From: a virus
Taxonomy: Duplodnaviria > Heunggongvirae > Uroviricota > Caudoviricetes
Virus record (IMG/VR): IMGVR_UViG_3300031993_004551
Span: 64,001 to 116,201 of that record
DNA length: 52,201 nt
Direction: 5' to 3' (one strand)
Part shown: positions 1-10,920 of the stretch, one piece after another
Position numbering within the stretch: position 1 is the first letter of the stretch
How the letters are laid out: every line of letters begins with the position of its first letter
Translations under genes and position numbers: made by a program
Notes under the pieces: generated by a model
Database searches by the model: none
Seen by the model: only the letters and a program-made list of their open reading frames with translations
What the model was told of the DNA's origin: nothing

Positions 1-1
1 A

Positions 2-9
2 AGTTTATA
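2..9 (-). promoter_or_regulatory. TATAAACT motif pointing out of the window
   Basis: AGTTTATA on the + strand. Confidence 0.5.
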
Positions 10-143
10 ACAATGTACAAAATTTTATGCCGATTTCCAAACTATTTTTCAAAGAAAATGCTAGTAGAATTTGGTAGATTTTGCTAAATTTAGATAGATT
101 TTATGCTAACTGTTGGCTACCCGCCGAATGGCGGGCTTTTTCA

Positions 144-2084
144 CTAACAATGTAATACACTAAAGCTTCCCGGGGATACGAACATATGTGTAACCCCGTC
201 AAACACCGACGGTTCTACCGTCATTAGCATACAGAACTGATATCCATTATGTATATATCCAGTTTCACGATGTATTTGAGGCGTCGCCGGGATTCCCGCT
301 CCCGAAGAATAATAATCGTAAATATAGAAACCATGGTCCGTCACTGACGGGTCGCCAACAATAAACGAAATATCACCGACTTTTTGCCCTGGTATTAATG
401 GATTCGCTTGAGTTAATTCACTTTCCTTATAAAATCTTACGGCAATCTTTCCAACTTCAAGATTACCTAATGGAACCGAATTATCCGAAGGCAATATATC
501 ACCACCAGCATCCCCAGCGGCATTTCGATTAGCATATACCTTTAGCCAAGATATTGCTATATCAGACGTTGACGCCGCTTCCTGCACATTCCATGCCGGC
601 AATCCCGGAGAACCCATAGCCAACCCAACATTGCCACCTGCTGTAGTAGAGCTAAATTCAAGTACGGCCGAATAAGTTTTCTCGGATGGGTCGTGCTGCC
701 CTGACGGAGTTCTTGCTAGCAAGGCTTGCGCTACAGCATCTATATTTACCAACCCATTCGGGTTATCAAATGCAACGGCATCCGAATCAAACTTATATGC
801 ACTCATTGAAATTATTAAATTTGTAATATGAGCCGTTTCGGAATAATCTAATACTCGGTTACCGCTCATTTTAACTTGTTTAGTCCATCGACTCCACATA
901 CCGGCCGCATTAATATCATGTGTCGTAGCATCAATCGTTTTGTAAATACGGGCCGAATATGTCGCTGAACCGTTAGCATATACATCCGACACTTCAAATC
1001 CAGAATCGCTCCATATCAAACCATCCGAATAAACGACTTCGACATTTTTCCGATTTGAATCGCTACTGCCACCGCCAGTAATTCTGAGTGGGGTATATCC
1101 ATCTAATTTATATCGCCAATCATTTGAATTATACACACCCAACAGCAATGGTGAATAAGAGGGGTCTGACCAACTTAATCCGTGCCCGATTAAAATCATG
1201 TCATGCCCATATACACCCGAAGCATCTTTTCCGATATTATTATATTCACCAATCATTATATTGCGTAGAGGAAAATCAGACGATTCGGCCGGTATTGTCG
1301 GTACTGATATTGTATTATATATGCCAATCACATAGTTATTATCGCCGCGCTGCACCAAATTACTCTCGCCAAATAGTATATTCCCCTGGCCAAAGTTTTC
1401 ATAAGTCGTAGAAGATGTTACGCCAAGTGTATTATTATGACCAAACACCAATGAATAATTCATACCGGTAATATCATTCGAATACCCACCTAGAACACAA
1501 TTATCGGAATCTTTGATTAAATTACCTTGACCTAATACGAATGAGCAAGTACAATAATCATTCATTGTGGATGTCGTGTCAACCGAAAATACGCCATTGG
1601 TTAATTTTAAATCAGTCCCAGCCGAATATTCCCGACCTACGGTAACCCAATCGCTCCAATCAGCCCCATCGTTTTCCGAATGACGATAGTACAGCTTGTC
1701 GCCCATTGCAAGCTGGACGGTATAGTTATTATTGTTTCCGCGGTCATAGAAACCAGTAAGGGCGAACATATTTCCACCCTCCGGAGAAGTATTGTTGGAT
1801 GTTGGCGTTGGGCTAGACTTGATGATTCTGAACTTAGTATCGGTCAGTCCATCCCAATAGTCACCAGAAAGCGAGGTACCGGTTTCCGTATACACCGGAA
1901 TGGCTTGAGCGTATTTAGCCTCAAGATTCCCACTAGAATCTTCCTCAATATGTGTCAAGAACTTGGTGTCCTGTAATGAACCCTTTATCGCATCGATACC
2001 CGCATTGCTACGGGCCTGCTCCTTGTCGGTTTTTCCAAGGTCCTGCACAATATTCCATAATAGTGACGGTGATTTGATAGCCAT
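144..2084 (-). CDS. Tail fibre/adhesin-like protein, 646 aa
   Basis: N-terminal KEQARSNAGI fibre-type motif, WSDWVTV knob-like motif, stacked xxGxxN beta-roll repeats (SFVLGQGN, SLVFGHNN, NILFGESN); TATAAACT 30 nt upstream. Confidence 0.6.
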   Translation of the reverse strand: MAIKSPSLLWNIVQDLGKTDKEQARSNAGIDAIKGSLQDTKFLTHIEEDSSGNLEAKYAQAIPVYTETGTSLSGDYWDGLTDTKFRIIKSSPTPTSNNTSPEGGNMFALTGFYDRGNNNNYTVQLAMGDKLYYRHSENDGADWSDWVTVGREYSAGTDLKLTNGVFSVDTTSTMNDYCTCSFVLGQGNLIKDSDNCVLGGYSNDITGMNYSLVFGHNNTLGVTSSTTYENFGQGNILFGESNLVQRGDNNYVIGIYNTISVPTIPAESSDFPLRNIMIGEYNNIGKDASGVYGHDMILIGHGLSWSDPSYSPLLLGVYNSNDWRYKLDGYTPLRITGGGSSDSNRKNVEVVYSDGLIWSDSGFEVSDVYANGSATYSARIYKTIDATTHDINAAGMWSRWTKQVKMSGNRVLDYSETAHITNLIISMSAYKFDSDAVAFDNPNGLVNIDAVAQALLARTPSGQHDPSEKTYSAVLEFSSTTAGGNVGLAMGSPGLPAWNVQEAASTSDIAISWLKVYANRNAAGDAGGDILPSDNSVPLGNLEVGKIAVRFYKESELTQANPLIPGQKVGDISFIVGDPSVTDHGFYIYDYYSSGAGIPATPQIHRETGYIHNGYQFCMLMTVEPSVFDGVTHMFVSPGSFSVLHC

Positions 2085-2113
2085 ATAACAACTTCCTGCG
2101 TCTAATCATTGGG

Positions 2114-2151
2114 AGTTTATACTTCCGTTGAGCTAAGCCAGGCTATAAACT
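2114..2151. promoter_or_regulatory. Divergent TATAAACT late-promoter pair
   Basis: AGTTTATA-N22-TATAAACT between the two fibre genes. Confidence 0.75.
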
Positions 2152-2183
2152 GTGATAAAACGACTTTAACTACGGGTTCAGAG

Positions 2184-5100
2184 ATGGCTAATAAGGATTA
2201 TGATTTGCTAGAAAAGCTCGACGGCAAGGGTATTTGCGCCGCGGTAGCGAAATATGACGAGAATGGCAAGAAACTGGTCGGAACAAAGGTAACCGACGCG
2301 GAAATCCGCAACGGCAAGCTGATTATCACCAAGTCCGAAGAAGCTTCAATCGAGTTCTCCGGCGAAACCAATGTCATCGAGGCGATTACCCTCAACGGGC
2401 AACCGCAGGAACCCACCGACAAGACCGTTAACCTCCAAGTCAACGAAGTTCCTGTACCGGACGCTCCGAACAAGGTCCTCATGTCTGGCGAACAAGGCGA
2501 GTACCACTGGGAGAACGCGGCGGAAGCCCCGGGGGACGGCGAACTTTCCATCAAGGTCGGGAGCAGCAGCCCGGTCAAGTTCACGGCGAACCAGTCCACA
2601 AATCAAGAAGTGAACATCCCGGAAGCCGCTTCGGCAACCGCGCAGGAAGACGCCCACGGTGGCCTCATGACTAAATCCGACAAGAAAAAACTTGACGAAA
2701 TCAACCTCGAAATCACCCCGGGAACCGGTGATGATTCGGATAAGGTCAACATCCAGCTCAAGAACAATTTAAGCGCCAATGTGCTTACCACCCATCAGGA
2801 TGTTTCCGGCAAGGCTGATAAGAGCGAAATGGCAATCAGCTCGGTATCCGGCGACGAAACCAAGAAGAAAATCACGCTGAAGCAAGGATTTGAACAGGAA
2901 GTCGTCATTGCCCATCAGGATGTTTCAGGAAAGGCAGAGAAGAGCGAAATGAGCGTCACCGATGTCACCGGCGACAATACCAAGAAGAGCATCCAGCTGA
3001 AGGATGGGCTTTCTCAGGTAGTCGTGGTCGCTCATCAAGACATCTCTGGCAAGGAAGACAATAGCAATAAGGTTTCAGCATGGTCTGAAACCACGACGGA
3101 TGAACACTATCCGTCTGAAAAGCTCACAAAGGACTCGCTTGACACGAAGGCTAACAAGAGCGAGATGGCTGTTACTACTAATGGCGACCAAACTACGATT
3201 ACCCTCAAGGAAGGTACGTCCGTGACAGTCATCAATGCCCATCAGGATATTTCCGGAAAGGCTGAAAAATCTGAAATGGATATCACCGCTGTATCCGGCG
3301 ACAATACCAAGAAGAAAATCACGCTCAAGGCCGGGCTTTCTCAAGACGTGGTTGTCGAACACCAAAACATCTCTGGAAAGGCGGACAAGGTAAATCCGGC
3401 AACTAGTGGCAACTTCGCCGGATTGGATGCCAACGGCAACTTGACCGACTCTGGAAAGAAGAAGGAGGATTTTGCTAGTGCTGCACAGGGCGGGAAGGCG
3501 GACTCCGCCATTCAGGGTGTCAAGCTGAACGGCTCTACAGTTACGCCGGACAGTGCTAAGGTTGTTGACCTTGGTAATCTCAAGACGAAACAGACGGCAG
3601 TTTCTGACCCGCAACCGGTTGGTGAAGGTCTTACGTTCATAGACCAGACTGCACAGGATGAGAATGGCGTTCTAACGACACTCACCAAGAAAACCGTCCA
3701 GAGTGCATCGACTTCCCAGAAGGGTGTCGTCCAGTTGCAGGATAGCATCGCGTATGACGAATCAAGTACTACGACGGCTCCTACACCGAGAGCGGTTCGT
3801 GACGCCATTTCTAACGCCGTTGCAAGTGCTTATCACCACGCCGGTACAAAGGTTGTAGCAGACCTTACAAGCTCGCTACTGGTTGCTGAAAATGAAGGTT
3901 GCGTTTATAACATGACGGACGCCGGTACGACAACGGCGGACTTTATCGAAGGTGCCGGTAAGCCTATCCGTATTGGTGACAATGTTGGCGTTTGCAAAGC
4001 CAGCTCAAGCCCAGATGCTTACAAGTTTGACTTGTTGTCTGGATTTGTTGACTTGAGCAACTATAAGACCAAGCAGACTCCGGTATCGAATCCTAGCCCT
4101 GATGGTTCCGGTATTTCATTTATCGATTCAGTGTCCCAGAACGAAAATGGTGAACTCGATGCACATAGTAAGAATATTCAAGACGGAAATACTTCACAGA
4201 AGGGTATCGTTCAATTAACCGATGCCGTTAACAGTACGTCCGTCACAACCGCCGCTACTCCTAACAGTGTCAAGCAAGCCTATGACCTTGCCGACTCCGC
4301 CGTGAAGGGAGTGCAGAAGAATGGTACCGACATTGTTCTCGACCAGAACAAGAAGGCGAATGTCATTGTCAACAATAGTGAACTTAAGATTAAGCTTGGC
4401 TCTGCCAATGCTGTTGGAACTGGATTTACGGCTGACGCCGATGAAGACGTAACCTTTGAAATTCCTCGTGCATCGTTTGATGATACGCAGACACCGACTA
4501 CTTATACTGACGGTTTGATGAGCGGCGAAGAGAAGGAAAAGCTTGACGGAATTGCCAACGGTGCCGAAGTGAACAGTATCGAGAGCATCACCATCGAAGG
4601 TGACCAAAATCCGCTCCCGATTTCCAGCGAGAATATCACCATTCCGAAGGCTGCCTATACTACCGGAGCCAACCCGAGCTACACCACGGGTGCAATCACC
4701 GGTCAGGACAAGAAGAAACTTGACGATATCGAGGCCGGTGCACAAGTAAACGATATCGAGCACATCAGGATTGGGGGCGAATCGTCCGACTTGACTATTG
4801 ATGCGAGCAAGCGTATCGAATTGCCACTTGCCGCTTCCGCAACGACATCCCCTGTAGCCCCAGCAACATCCGGTATTATGTCCGCTTCCGACAAGGACAA
4901 GCTTGACCATATCGCACCAAACGCCAATGTCAATGTCATCGAGGGTGTCAAGCTCGCCGGCGAGTCCAACGCGCTTACACCCGACGCAAACAAGGTCGTG
5001 ACCATCCCGGAAGCCGCCGTCGACAGCAGCGGCAGTACCCCGGCATACTCTCACGGCCTGATGAGTGCCTCCGACAAGGAAAAGCTCGACAGCATCGCAC

Positions 5101-6917
5101 AGGGCGCTCAGGTGAATGTCAAGCCAGACTGGGAAGCCGCATCGGGCGCCCCGGACGAAATCCTGAACAAGCCGACAATCCCGACGGTAAACAACAGCAC
5201 CATCTCGATGAAAATCGAGGATGACTCCGCAGCGTTCGACTCGTTCTCCACCAACGCGGCTTCCGGGAAGACCATCGAGATTCCGCTTGCTACAGCCCCG
5301 GCGGGCGCATCCCAGGGCAACTCTGGTGCAATCACGGCAGCCGACAAGGCAAAGCTTAACAAGCTGACAACATCGCAGCTGCACATGCTTAAATTCGTGC
5401 AGGCCAGTCCCGAAGACCCGGCACCGTACGGGGCATGGGTCCTCGACTTGGATAAGCCTAACGCGCAATCACCGAATGGCTATGATTTTGCTATGTATGC
5501 TGATATAAAGGCAGGACTCGAAGCGGGCACCGTATATGGACTATCTACCCAATCATCCGCACCCGGTGGGGATGAAGATGTCATGATAATGTCTACCTCA
5601 CAGCTTCAAGGTAATGTAGCTCATCCTGGCGTACGACTTGACTTCTACAGTATGTATGCAAGCTATCCGTATACACTGCATACCACATCGATTTATACAC
5701 CTTCCATATATAATAACAACGCGAACACCCAGTATCCTGAAGGGAGGATGGGCCTGCTATCTCATAATGGCGGCGCTGTCCTTCAAGAGTTCAACCTGAC
5801 TACCCGCGGAGTACCGTCTGCGGACTCGGGCGATGCCGGAAAGTTCCTCGGTGTAGACAGCGGGGGCGACTATACTTGGCAACTCGTCGAGCATGTTCCG
5901 GGAGTGACCAGTTCCGACAACGGCAAGGTCCTCAAGGCTACATACAACAGCACCACGGGCGTAGGGTCGTATGAATGGGACAGCGATTCGGGTGAAACCA
6001 ATGTCATCGAGGGCGTGAAGCTCGCCGGTGCGGCATCCGTGCTCACCCCGGACGTATCCAAGAATGTCACCATTCCGAACGCAGTGGCCACTGGGGAGAC
6101 CGGGGCTACCAACGGCCTGATGACCGCTGCCGACAAGAAGAAACTTGGCAACATCGAGGCTGGTGCCGATGTGAACGCTATCGAAAGCATTTCTGTTAGC
6201 AGTGTTTCGCTGACTCCGGACGCCAGCAAAAACGTTAATATTCCGCTTGGCACTGACTTAATATATGATTCTACGAATGGCATACAAGTCAATACCACTG
6301 GTACTGCAACTGGTACTAATGCGTTTGCTGAGGGTATTGGTACAACAGCATCCGGTAACTATGCGCATGCCGAAGGATATCAAACGTCCGCGTTGGGAAC
6401 GGCTTCTCATGCGGAAGGATATAATACCACAGCTAATGGCAATGGTGCTCATGCCGAAGGTGCGGATACCGATGCGATTGAGCAAGGTTCTCATGCTGGC
6501 GGTTATGGCGCACATACTACGGGTTTGGGTAACTTTATTCATGGAACGTTCTTGACTTATGATTCGGGGACGACAAAAGCTCAGGTAAGCAATTTACCTA
6601 CCGTTGTTCTGGGTACATTGAACGCTACAGTAGCGCAAAATTTGAGCGACCACGGTGGTTATTTAATAATTGTCGGAAACGGTGATTATACTAGCGGTGG
6701 TTCCGGAACTCGCCGCGACGGATTTATACTCTATAAGGACGGTACGGTCAAGGCAAGGGCATTCCAGAACGCAAATGGAACGGACAATGACGTATCGTAT
6801 GGCGGAACCAGTGGAGTAGCATTTAGTGGTATCACTAACATCGAGGTGTTTGATGCCAACACGGTCGATACATCTAGTTTTCCAAATGATAGCGTACTAA
6901 GAATTATATTGGAATAG
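2184..6917 (+). CDS. Long tail fibre protein (~1577 aa) with YadA-like head repeats
   Basis: Tail-fibre repeat TSQKGIVQLTDAVNSTSVTTAATPNSVKQAYD; about 7 G(L/A/I)(M/I)(S/T)xxDKxKL repeats; C-terminal AHAEG/SHAEG repeats. Start moved to ATG 2184 because the track start at 2109 overlaps the promoter motif. Confidence 0.8.
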   Translation: MANKDYDLLEKLDGKGICAAVAKYDENGKKLVGTKVTDAEIRNGKLIITKSEEASIEFSGETNVIEAITLNGQPQEPTDKTVNLQVNEVPVPDAPNKVLMSGEQGEYHWENAAEAPGDGELSIKVGSSSPVKFTANQSTNQEVNIPEAASATAQEDAHGGLMTKSDKKKLDEINLEITPGTGDDSDKVNIQLKNNLSANVLTTHQDVSGKADKSEMAISSVSGDETKKKITLKQGFEQEVVIAHQDVSGKAEKSEMSVTDVTGDNTKKSIQLKDGLSQVVVVAHQDISGKEDNSNKVSAWSETTTDEHYPSEKLTKDSLDTKANKSEMAVTTNGDQTTITLKEGTSVTVINAHQDISGKAEKSEMDITAVSGDNTKKKITLKAGLSQDVVVEHQNISGKADKVNPATSGNFAGLDANGNLTDSGKKKEDFASAAQGGKADSAIQGVKLNGSTVTPDSAKVVDLGNLKTKQTAVSDPQPVGEGLTFIDQTAQDENGVLTTLTKKTVQSASTSQKGVVQLQDSIAYDESSTTTAPTPRAVRDAISNAVASAYHHAGTKVVADLTSSLLVAENEGCVYNMTDAGTTTADFIEGAGKPIRIGDNVGVCKASSSPDAYKFDLLSGFVDLSNYKTKQTPVSNPSPDGSGISFIDSVSQNENGELDAHSKNIQDGNTSQKGIVQLTDAVNSTSVTTAATPNSVKQAYDLADSAVKGVQKNGTDIVLDQNKKANVIVNNSELKIKLGSANAVGTGFTADADEDVTFEIPRASFDDTQTPTTYTDGLMSGEEKEKLDGIANGAEVNSIESITIEGDQNPLPISSENITIPKAAYTTGANPSYTTGAITGQDKKKLDDIEAGAQVNDIEHIRIGGESSDLTIDASKRIELPLAASATTSPVAPATSGIMSASDKDKLDHIAPNANVNVIEGVKLAGESNALTPDANKVVTIPEAAVDSSGSTPAYSHGLMSASDKEKLDSIAQGAQVNVKPDWEAASGAPDEILNKPTIPTVNNSTISMKIEDDSAAFDSFSTNAASGKTIEIPLATAPAGASQGNSGAITAADKAKLNKLTTSQLHMLKFVQASPEDPAPYGAWVLDLDKPNAQSPNGYDFAMYADIKAGLEAGTVYGLSTQSSAPGGDEDVMIMSTSQLQGNVAHPGVRLDFYSMYASYPYTLHTTSIYTPSIYNNNANTQYPEGRMGLLSHNGGAVLQEFNLTTRGVPSADSGDAGKFLGVDSGGDYTWQLVEHVPGVTSSDNGKVLKATYNSTTGVGSYEWDSDSGETNVIEGVKLAGAASVLTPDVSKNVTIPNAVATGETGATNGLMTAADKKKLGNIEAGADVNAIESISVSSVSLTPDASKNVNIPLGTDLIYDSTNGIQVNTTGTATGTNAFAEGIGTTASGNYAHAEGYQTSALGTASHAEGYNTTANGNGAHAEGADTDAIEQGSHAGGYGAHTTGLGNFIHGTFLTYDSGTTKAQVSNLPTVVLGTLNATVAQNLSDHGGYLIIVGNGDYTSGGSGTRRDGFILYKDGTVKARAFQNANGTDNDVSYGGTSGVAFSGITNIEVFDANTVDTSSFPNDSVLRIILE
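2791..3390 (+). repeat. Coding tandem repeat, ~120-nt/40-aa unit (HQD(V/I)SGKAxKSEM...KKITLK), about 5 copies
   Basis: catcagga/catcaaga units recur near 2793, 2913, 3033 and 3240, with a variant near 3360. Confidence 0.85.
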
Positions 6918-6923
6918 TAAATT

Positions 6924-7421
6924 ATGAACTTGTATATTGGTAATAAAAAACCAGCGTCTATTTATTTCGGCAACAATGCGGTTGCCGCCATTTACAGTGG
7001 TAATGCGCTGATATGGCAAAAAGGACCGAGATTTGTGAAATATCATCTAGATTTTAGGTGGTGGTCTAGTGGAAATGCTAATTTGTTTCTGGCCGAGACT
7101 TATATCAATGGAACGACTGCCGGAAATCGGCTATTAGATGGTGGACGATACGAATCTGGTGGAGGAGCCTATAATATTGATTCGACCACTATTAATAAAT
7201 TGCGAAATGCGGAATCAGTGTCTATTTATGGCGATGAAGTGGAACTGAATTATTCAGCTACGGATATATCGTCAATCGGATTTAGGACTGACCCGAACGA
7301 CATTGATATAACGACATTTACTGTGTACATCATTGGTGATGATATTAATAATAATCACATTGTGTTACTGTCTGATACCGTGACCATTAGCAAGGGTCAA
7401 ACTTATACGTTTAATCTATAA
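6924..7421 (+). CDS. Fibre-associated protein, 165 aa
   Basis: N-terminal IYFGNNAVAAIYSGNALIW motif, typical of small proteins downstream of phage fibres; 6 nt after the fibre stop. Confidence 0.5.
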   Translation: MNLYIGNKKPASIYFGNNAVAAIYSGNALIWQKGPRFVKYHLDFRWWSSGNANLFLAETYINGTTAGNRLLDGGRYESGGGAYNIDSTTINKLRNAESVSIYGDEVELNYSATDISSIGFRTDPNDIDITTFTVYIIGDDINNNHIVLLSDTVTISKGQTYTFNL

Positions 7422-7448
7422 GAATACCGGAAAACAACGGCAACGAGG

Positions 7449-7456
7449 TATAAACT
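7449..7456 (+). promoter_or_regulatory. TATAAACT putative late promoter
   Basis: Exact motif 18 nt before ATG 7475. Confidence 0.7.
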
Positions 7457-7474
7457 GACTAATTGGAGGCTATT

Positions 7475-8371
7475 ATGGCACAGATAAGCGATTATACAGA
7501 TTACAAGACCGGTACTACAGCGTCAGAACAGACTAAACTTGTCGAGACTGGTAAGGTAGTTTTCTCCGGAAAGACTACGGACGAAGGCGACTACCAGACC
7601 AAGAGTGTCGCCCTAAGCGAATTGAAATCTGCTGGAATTCCCGATATCGGAACTGATACGAATCGTGGTAAATTCTTGGGAGTCAAATCAAATGCGGATG
7701 AATTGCGATGGGTGTCTCCACTTCAAATACAACACAAAGACCCGCCGTATGGAGGATATACACCACTTATTGACGATAAATCGAGTATTAAGTTGTACAA
7801 CGGATTGTTTTATGACAATTCATCTGGTGGTATTGGACTTAAATGTAATTCGAATGGCGGTCTTGTAGCACATAATGTTGATGGTATAGGTATTAAGACA
7901 ACAGATGCGCATACGGGTGACGTATTGACTATGACTGCCGATGGCATTGTATGGGCTGCTCCAACAGCAACTATCGACACGACAGGCGCACAAAATGGGT
8001 ATGTGTTGACATACAATAATAATACCGTAGGTTGGGCTGCTCCAAGTGGTGGAGGCGGTGGTCAAATTGTGATAGATTATGACATAAGTACCGACACGGC
8101 TACTCGTAACGGACAATCGTTAACCGCGAACGCTGCTATTGCACTATGCAATGAAAACCCGAATATGTCGGTGAATATTTTTTGGACTAATGATGGTCAC
8201 AAAGTAGCACAAGGAGTGGCTCAATTAACTAGAATTTACGAAGAGCGAGGGCTTATATTCGCAATGCAACAGTTCGAAAGCACTGGAACTGTTGAACAAT
8301 ATTTAGTGATAAAAGCTGTGCCAGGTTCTCCAGATGGGGTGTGGTCACATACAACTGAAACTCCGTCGTAA
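7475..8371 (+). CDS. Fibre/spike-like virion protein
   Basis: GGAGG RBS before ATG 7475; repeats GKFLGV, GDVLTMTADGIVWAAP, GYVLTYNNNTVGWAAP; TATAAACT at 7449. Confidence 0.55.
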   Translation: MAQISDYTDYKTGTTASEQTKLVETGKVVFSGKTTDEGDYQTKSVALSELKSAGIPDIGTDTNRGKFLGVKSNADELRWVSPLQIQHKDPPYGGYTPLIDDKSSIKLYNGLFYDNSSGGIGLKCNSNGGLVAHNVDGIGIKTTDAHTGDVLTMTADGIVWAAPTATIDTTGAQNGYVLTYNNNTVGWAAPSGGGGGQIVIDYDISTDTATRNGQSLTANAAIALCNENPNMSVNIFWTNDGHKVAQGVAQLTRIYEERGLIFAMQQFESTGTVEQYLVIKAVPGSPDGVWSHTTETPS

Positions 8372-8437
8372 CCCTATATAAGTTATTACGATATGGAACG
8401 AATTGTAATTCGTTCCATATTTTATTATATTGATTGT

Positions 8438-10024
8438 ATGAAAAAATACACAATTCTTTCCTTCAATTTCGGTAATTACGACCTAATCAGAGAACCCTAT
8501 AAAATTGACCCGGATGCCGATTATATCATGGTAACTGACAAGCCGATACAGTCTAAGTTTTGGCGAGTATGTGTCGATACGACGTTGGTCAATAAGAACC
8601 CAATCTATGCCTCATATTATGTTCGTTGGCATCCGTATAGGTATGCATCGACCGATATTGTATTCGTCGTGGATGCGTCTATACAAATCAATTCAAGTCT
8701 GGCCGACATTTACAAGGCTTTCCATGACAGCCCGGCAGTGTATGCACCTATATGCACAAACTACCCAACCGACGAAGAAAAGTTGAAGCAGTGGGAGAAT
8801 GACCGAAAGGACATTACGAAGCAAGATGCTGACAAGCTGAGAGGATTAATCAAGAAGTTCAACCGAGAAGACCAGAAAGGTTCTATCGGGCAAGCCTTTA
8901 TTGGCTGCAAGAAATGTGATATCGTATCCCGGTTCCAGCGGCATGTATGGAAATACTTGATTGCGCTAGGCCAGTACGGTGTACCGAACCGGCAAGACGA
9001 AATAGTGGCGCACAAGCTGTTGGAACGCTATTTGGGACAAATGCCTATATTTCCGACATCAATTCAGATTATACAGTCGTCATACATGACTTATTGCAGC
9101 CATAAATCATCCATACCGAACAAGATACATGCGAATTACGACCAGTACTACTACATATGCAGTAAGCCGGTATCCCCATATCGATTCGACCTTAATAACA
9201 ATTTTCCGATGTCCTATAGCTATAAGACCGAAGCTATATTGTTGACGAAGTATTTGAACCATGACGACTTCATCGAATGGCTTGACCATCACTTGAACGT
9301 GGTCAAGTTTGACCACATTCATGTATTCGACAATAAATCCGACTACGATGTCAAGTCCATATGTGACCTTTATGGCTCAAGGGTATCCTACCAGAAGATA
9401 TACGGTCACCCTAGACAGTACAAGCTATACGATGCTTATATAAATACCATGTCGGCTGCCGAGTGGGTAATGCCCATCGATGACGACGAGTACCTTGACA
9501 TAGGCGATTTCGGCTCGGTATATGAAGCGATAGAATACTACCGCAATAAGCTGCCTCATCTCATGATTCTCGGTGTCCGCTGGAAACACATGTTCCCCAA
9601 GAAGTTCCATACGGAAAGAACCGGAAAGGTACTGGAATACTGCACGGAAACGAATCCTGAGCTTGCAAAAAGCTTTATTTTGCTGGGTGATACTACAATC
9701 AAGTGTCTAGTAAGACGGTATGGAAACGTACACTACGAGGAAACATGGGAGAACCCGTCCGGTGGCCATGTACCTAAGCACACTTGCTTCTTTGGCGCGG
9801 CAATGTGTGACGGTCGAGGAGTTACCGGTTGCGGAATACCGGACTGTCCAGATGTTCTGGATGACGAACGGATAAGGTTGTTGCACTGCCGCTATAAGGG
9901 GTATTCGGACTGGATGAACAAGTATGGCAATCTCGACAATAAAAAGAACTGCCGCACAGTTTGCGACAGTTCGGTAAGGGATAAAAAGTTCGTATTCAAT
10001 AAAATATTACAACATCTAGATTAA
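8438..10024 (+). CDS. Two-domain glycosyltransferase (DUF616-like N-terminus plus GT-A Glyco_tranf_2_4/GT92-like C-terminus)
   Basis: N: FGNYDLIREP...YIMVTD, FVVDAS. C: FIEWLDHH, FDHIHVFDNKS, EWVMPIDDDEYL. Confidence 0.75.
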   Translation: MKKYTILSFNFGNYDLIREPYKIDPDADYIMVTDKPIQSKFWRVCVDTTLVNKNPIYASYYVRWHPYRYASTDIVFVVDASIQINSSLADIYKAFHDSPAVYAPICTNYPTDEEKLKQWENDRKDITKQDADKLRGLIKKFNREDQKGSIGQAFIGCKKCDIVSRFQRHVWKYLIALGQYGVPNRQDEIVAHKLLERYLGQMPIFPTSIQIIQSSYMTYCSHKSSIPNKIHANYDQYYYICSKPVSPYRFDLNNNFPMSYSYKTEAILLTKYLNHDDFIEWLDHHLNVVKFDHIHVFDNKSDYDVKSICDLYGSRVSYQKIYGHPRQYKLYDAYINTMSAAEWVMPIDDDEYLDIGDFGSVYEAIEYYRNKLPHLMILGVRWKHMFPKKFHTERTGKVLEYCTETNPELAKSFILLGDTTIKCLVRRYGNVHYEETWENPSGGHVPKHTCFFGAAMCDGRGVTGCGIPDCPDVLDDERIRLLHCRYKGYSDWMNKYGNLDNKKNCRTVCDSSVRDKKFVFNKILQHLD

Positions 10025-10026
10025 CC

Positions 10027-10836
10027 TTACGGTGCGTCACGCACTAGTCGGATGGAGCAAGCCGTGTTTTCTGTGGATGGACGGGATGCGGTTGGCTCTA
10101 TACGTAAATTAGCCTCGATTGCCATTCCATCATATTCAGATGGCTTGCCATTGTACTCTTTAGTTATAACATAACTTAGGTATTGGGTAAATTTGCCAAC
10201 ACCGTCTGCATTAGTAGGATATGGCGAATCTTGATAATATGTTGAAAAGAGATGTATACCGGCAGGCTTTGCGTTAAATCCATATAAATCTATTGGGTCA
10301 TTAGTTATACCCGGTGGACCTGAAATTTTGTTATAATTCCAACCAGTAGTCGATGCTAGTGCTTTACCGAGATATTGCGTAGAAAAACCAGACGAATCTA
10401 GCTCAAATACATCTTCCCGAACCTTGTTTATTAAGGTTTGAAAGTCTTCACTACTTGGTACTCGCCATCCCGGACATAGCTCGTTTTCGTGTTCATGTAA
10501 ATACTTCGCCGCACCCCAACTGTATAGTAAACCATAATTCAACCCATCTTTCCCGTAAGTTGATTCATCGTTATTGAAATAGGTTGCGTTCTGCACATTC
10601 CATAAATCACTCCCATCTATAGTCACTTCGTTTCGGAGACCATCCCATCGTAAGTCAAGGTTTTCAGCGAGCCATATCTGGTTGCCGATTTGGACAGTCT
10701 TGTACTTCCGTCCACCGATTACATCTGGGTCAACTGGTTGTGGTGATGGCGATGGTGGTATTGGTTGTCTAGCCAACATATCGTCTAGTTGCACTAGATT
10801 GCCGGATTTGTCAAATGAAAACGCGTTGAACAGCAT
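10027..10836 (-). CDS. Fib_succ_major (FISUMP) domain protein
   Basis: YKTVQIGNQIWLAENL, YGLLYSWGAA, CPGWRVPSSEDF, GFNAKPAG, SIRLVRD. Confidence 0.85.
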   Translation of the reverse strand: MLFNAFSFDKSGNLVQLDDMLARQPIPPSPSPQPVDPDVIGGRKYKTVQIGNQIWLAENLDLRWDGLRNEVTIDGSDLWNVQNATYFNNDESTYGKDGLNYGLLYSWGAAKYLHEHENELCPGWRVPSSEDFQTLINKVREDVFELDSSGFSTQYLGKALASTTGWNYNKISGPPGITNDPIDLYGFNAKPAGIHLFSTYYQDSPYPTNADGVGKFTQYLSYVITKEYNGKPSEYDGMAIEANLRIEPTASRPSTENTACSIRLVRDAP

Positions 10837-10862
10837 ACTGGATAACTCCTATAATACATAGT

Positions 10863-10870
10863 AGTTTATA
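10863..10870 (-). promoter_or_regulatory. TATAAACT putative late promoter
   Basis: Exact motif upstream of ATG 10836. Confidence 0.7.
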
Positions 10871-10920
10871 TAGTTATTTATTCATCAACGCGGTAATTCC
10901 TACTCATGCAAGCCTAATAT

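Noticed and set aside
120-141. Hairpin CCCGCC-GAAT-GGCGGG as terminator of the 144-2084 gene
   Set aside because: The U-tract is on the plus strand, opposite to that gene's direction, so its function is uncertain and it is not called.
2791-6200. CRISPR-like or non-coding repeat arrays
   Set aside because: The repeats are in-frame, diverge at synonymous sites and have no unique spacers; they are protein repeats.
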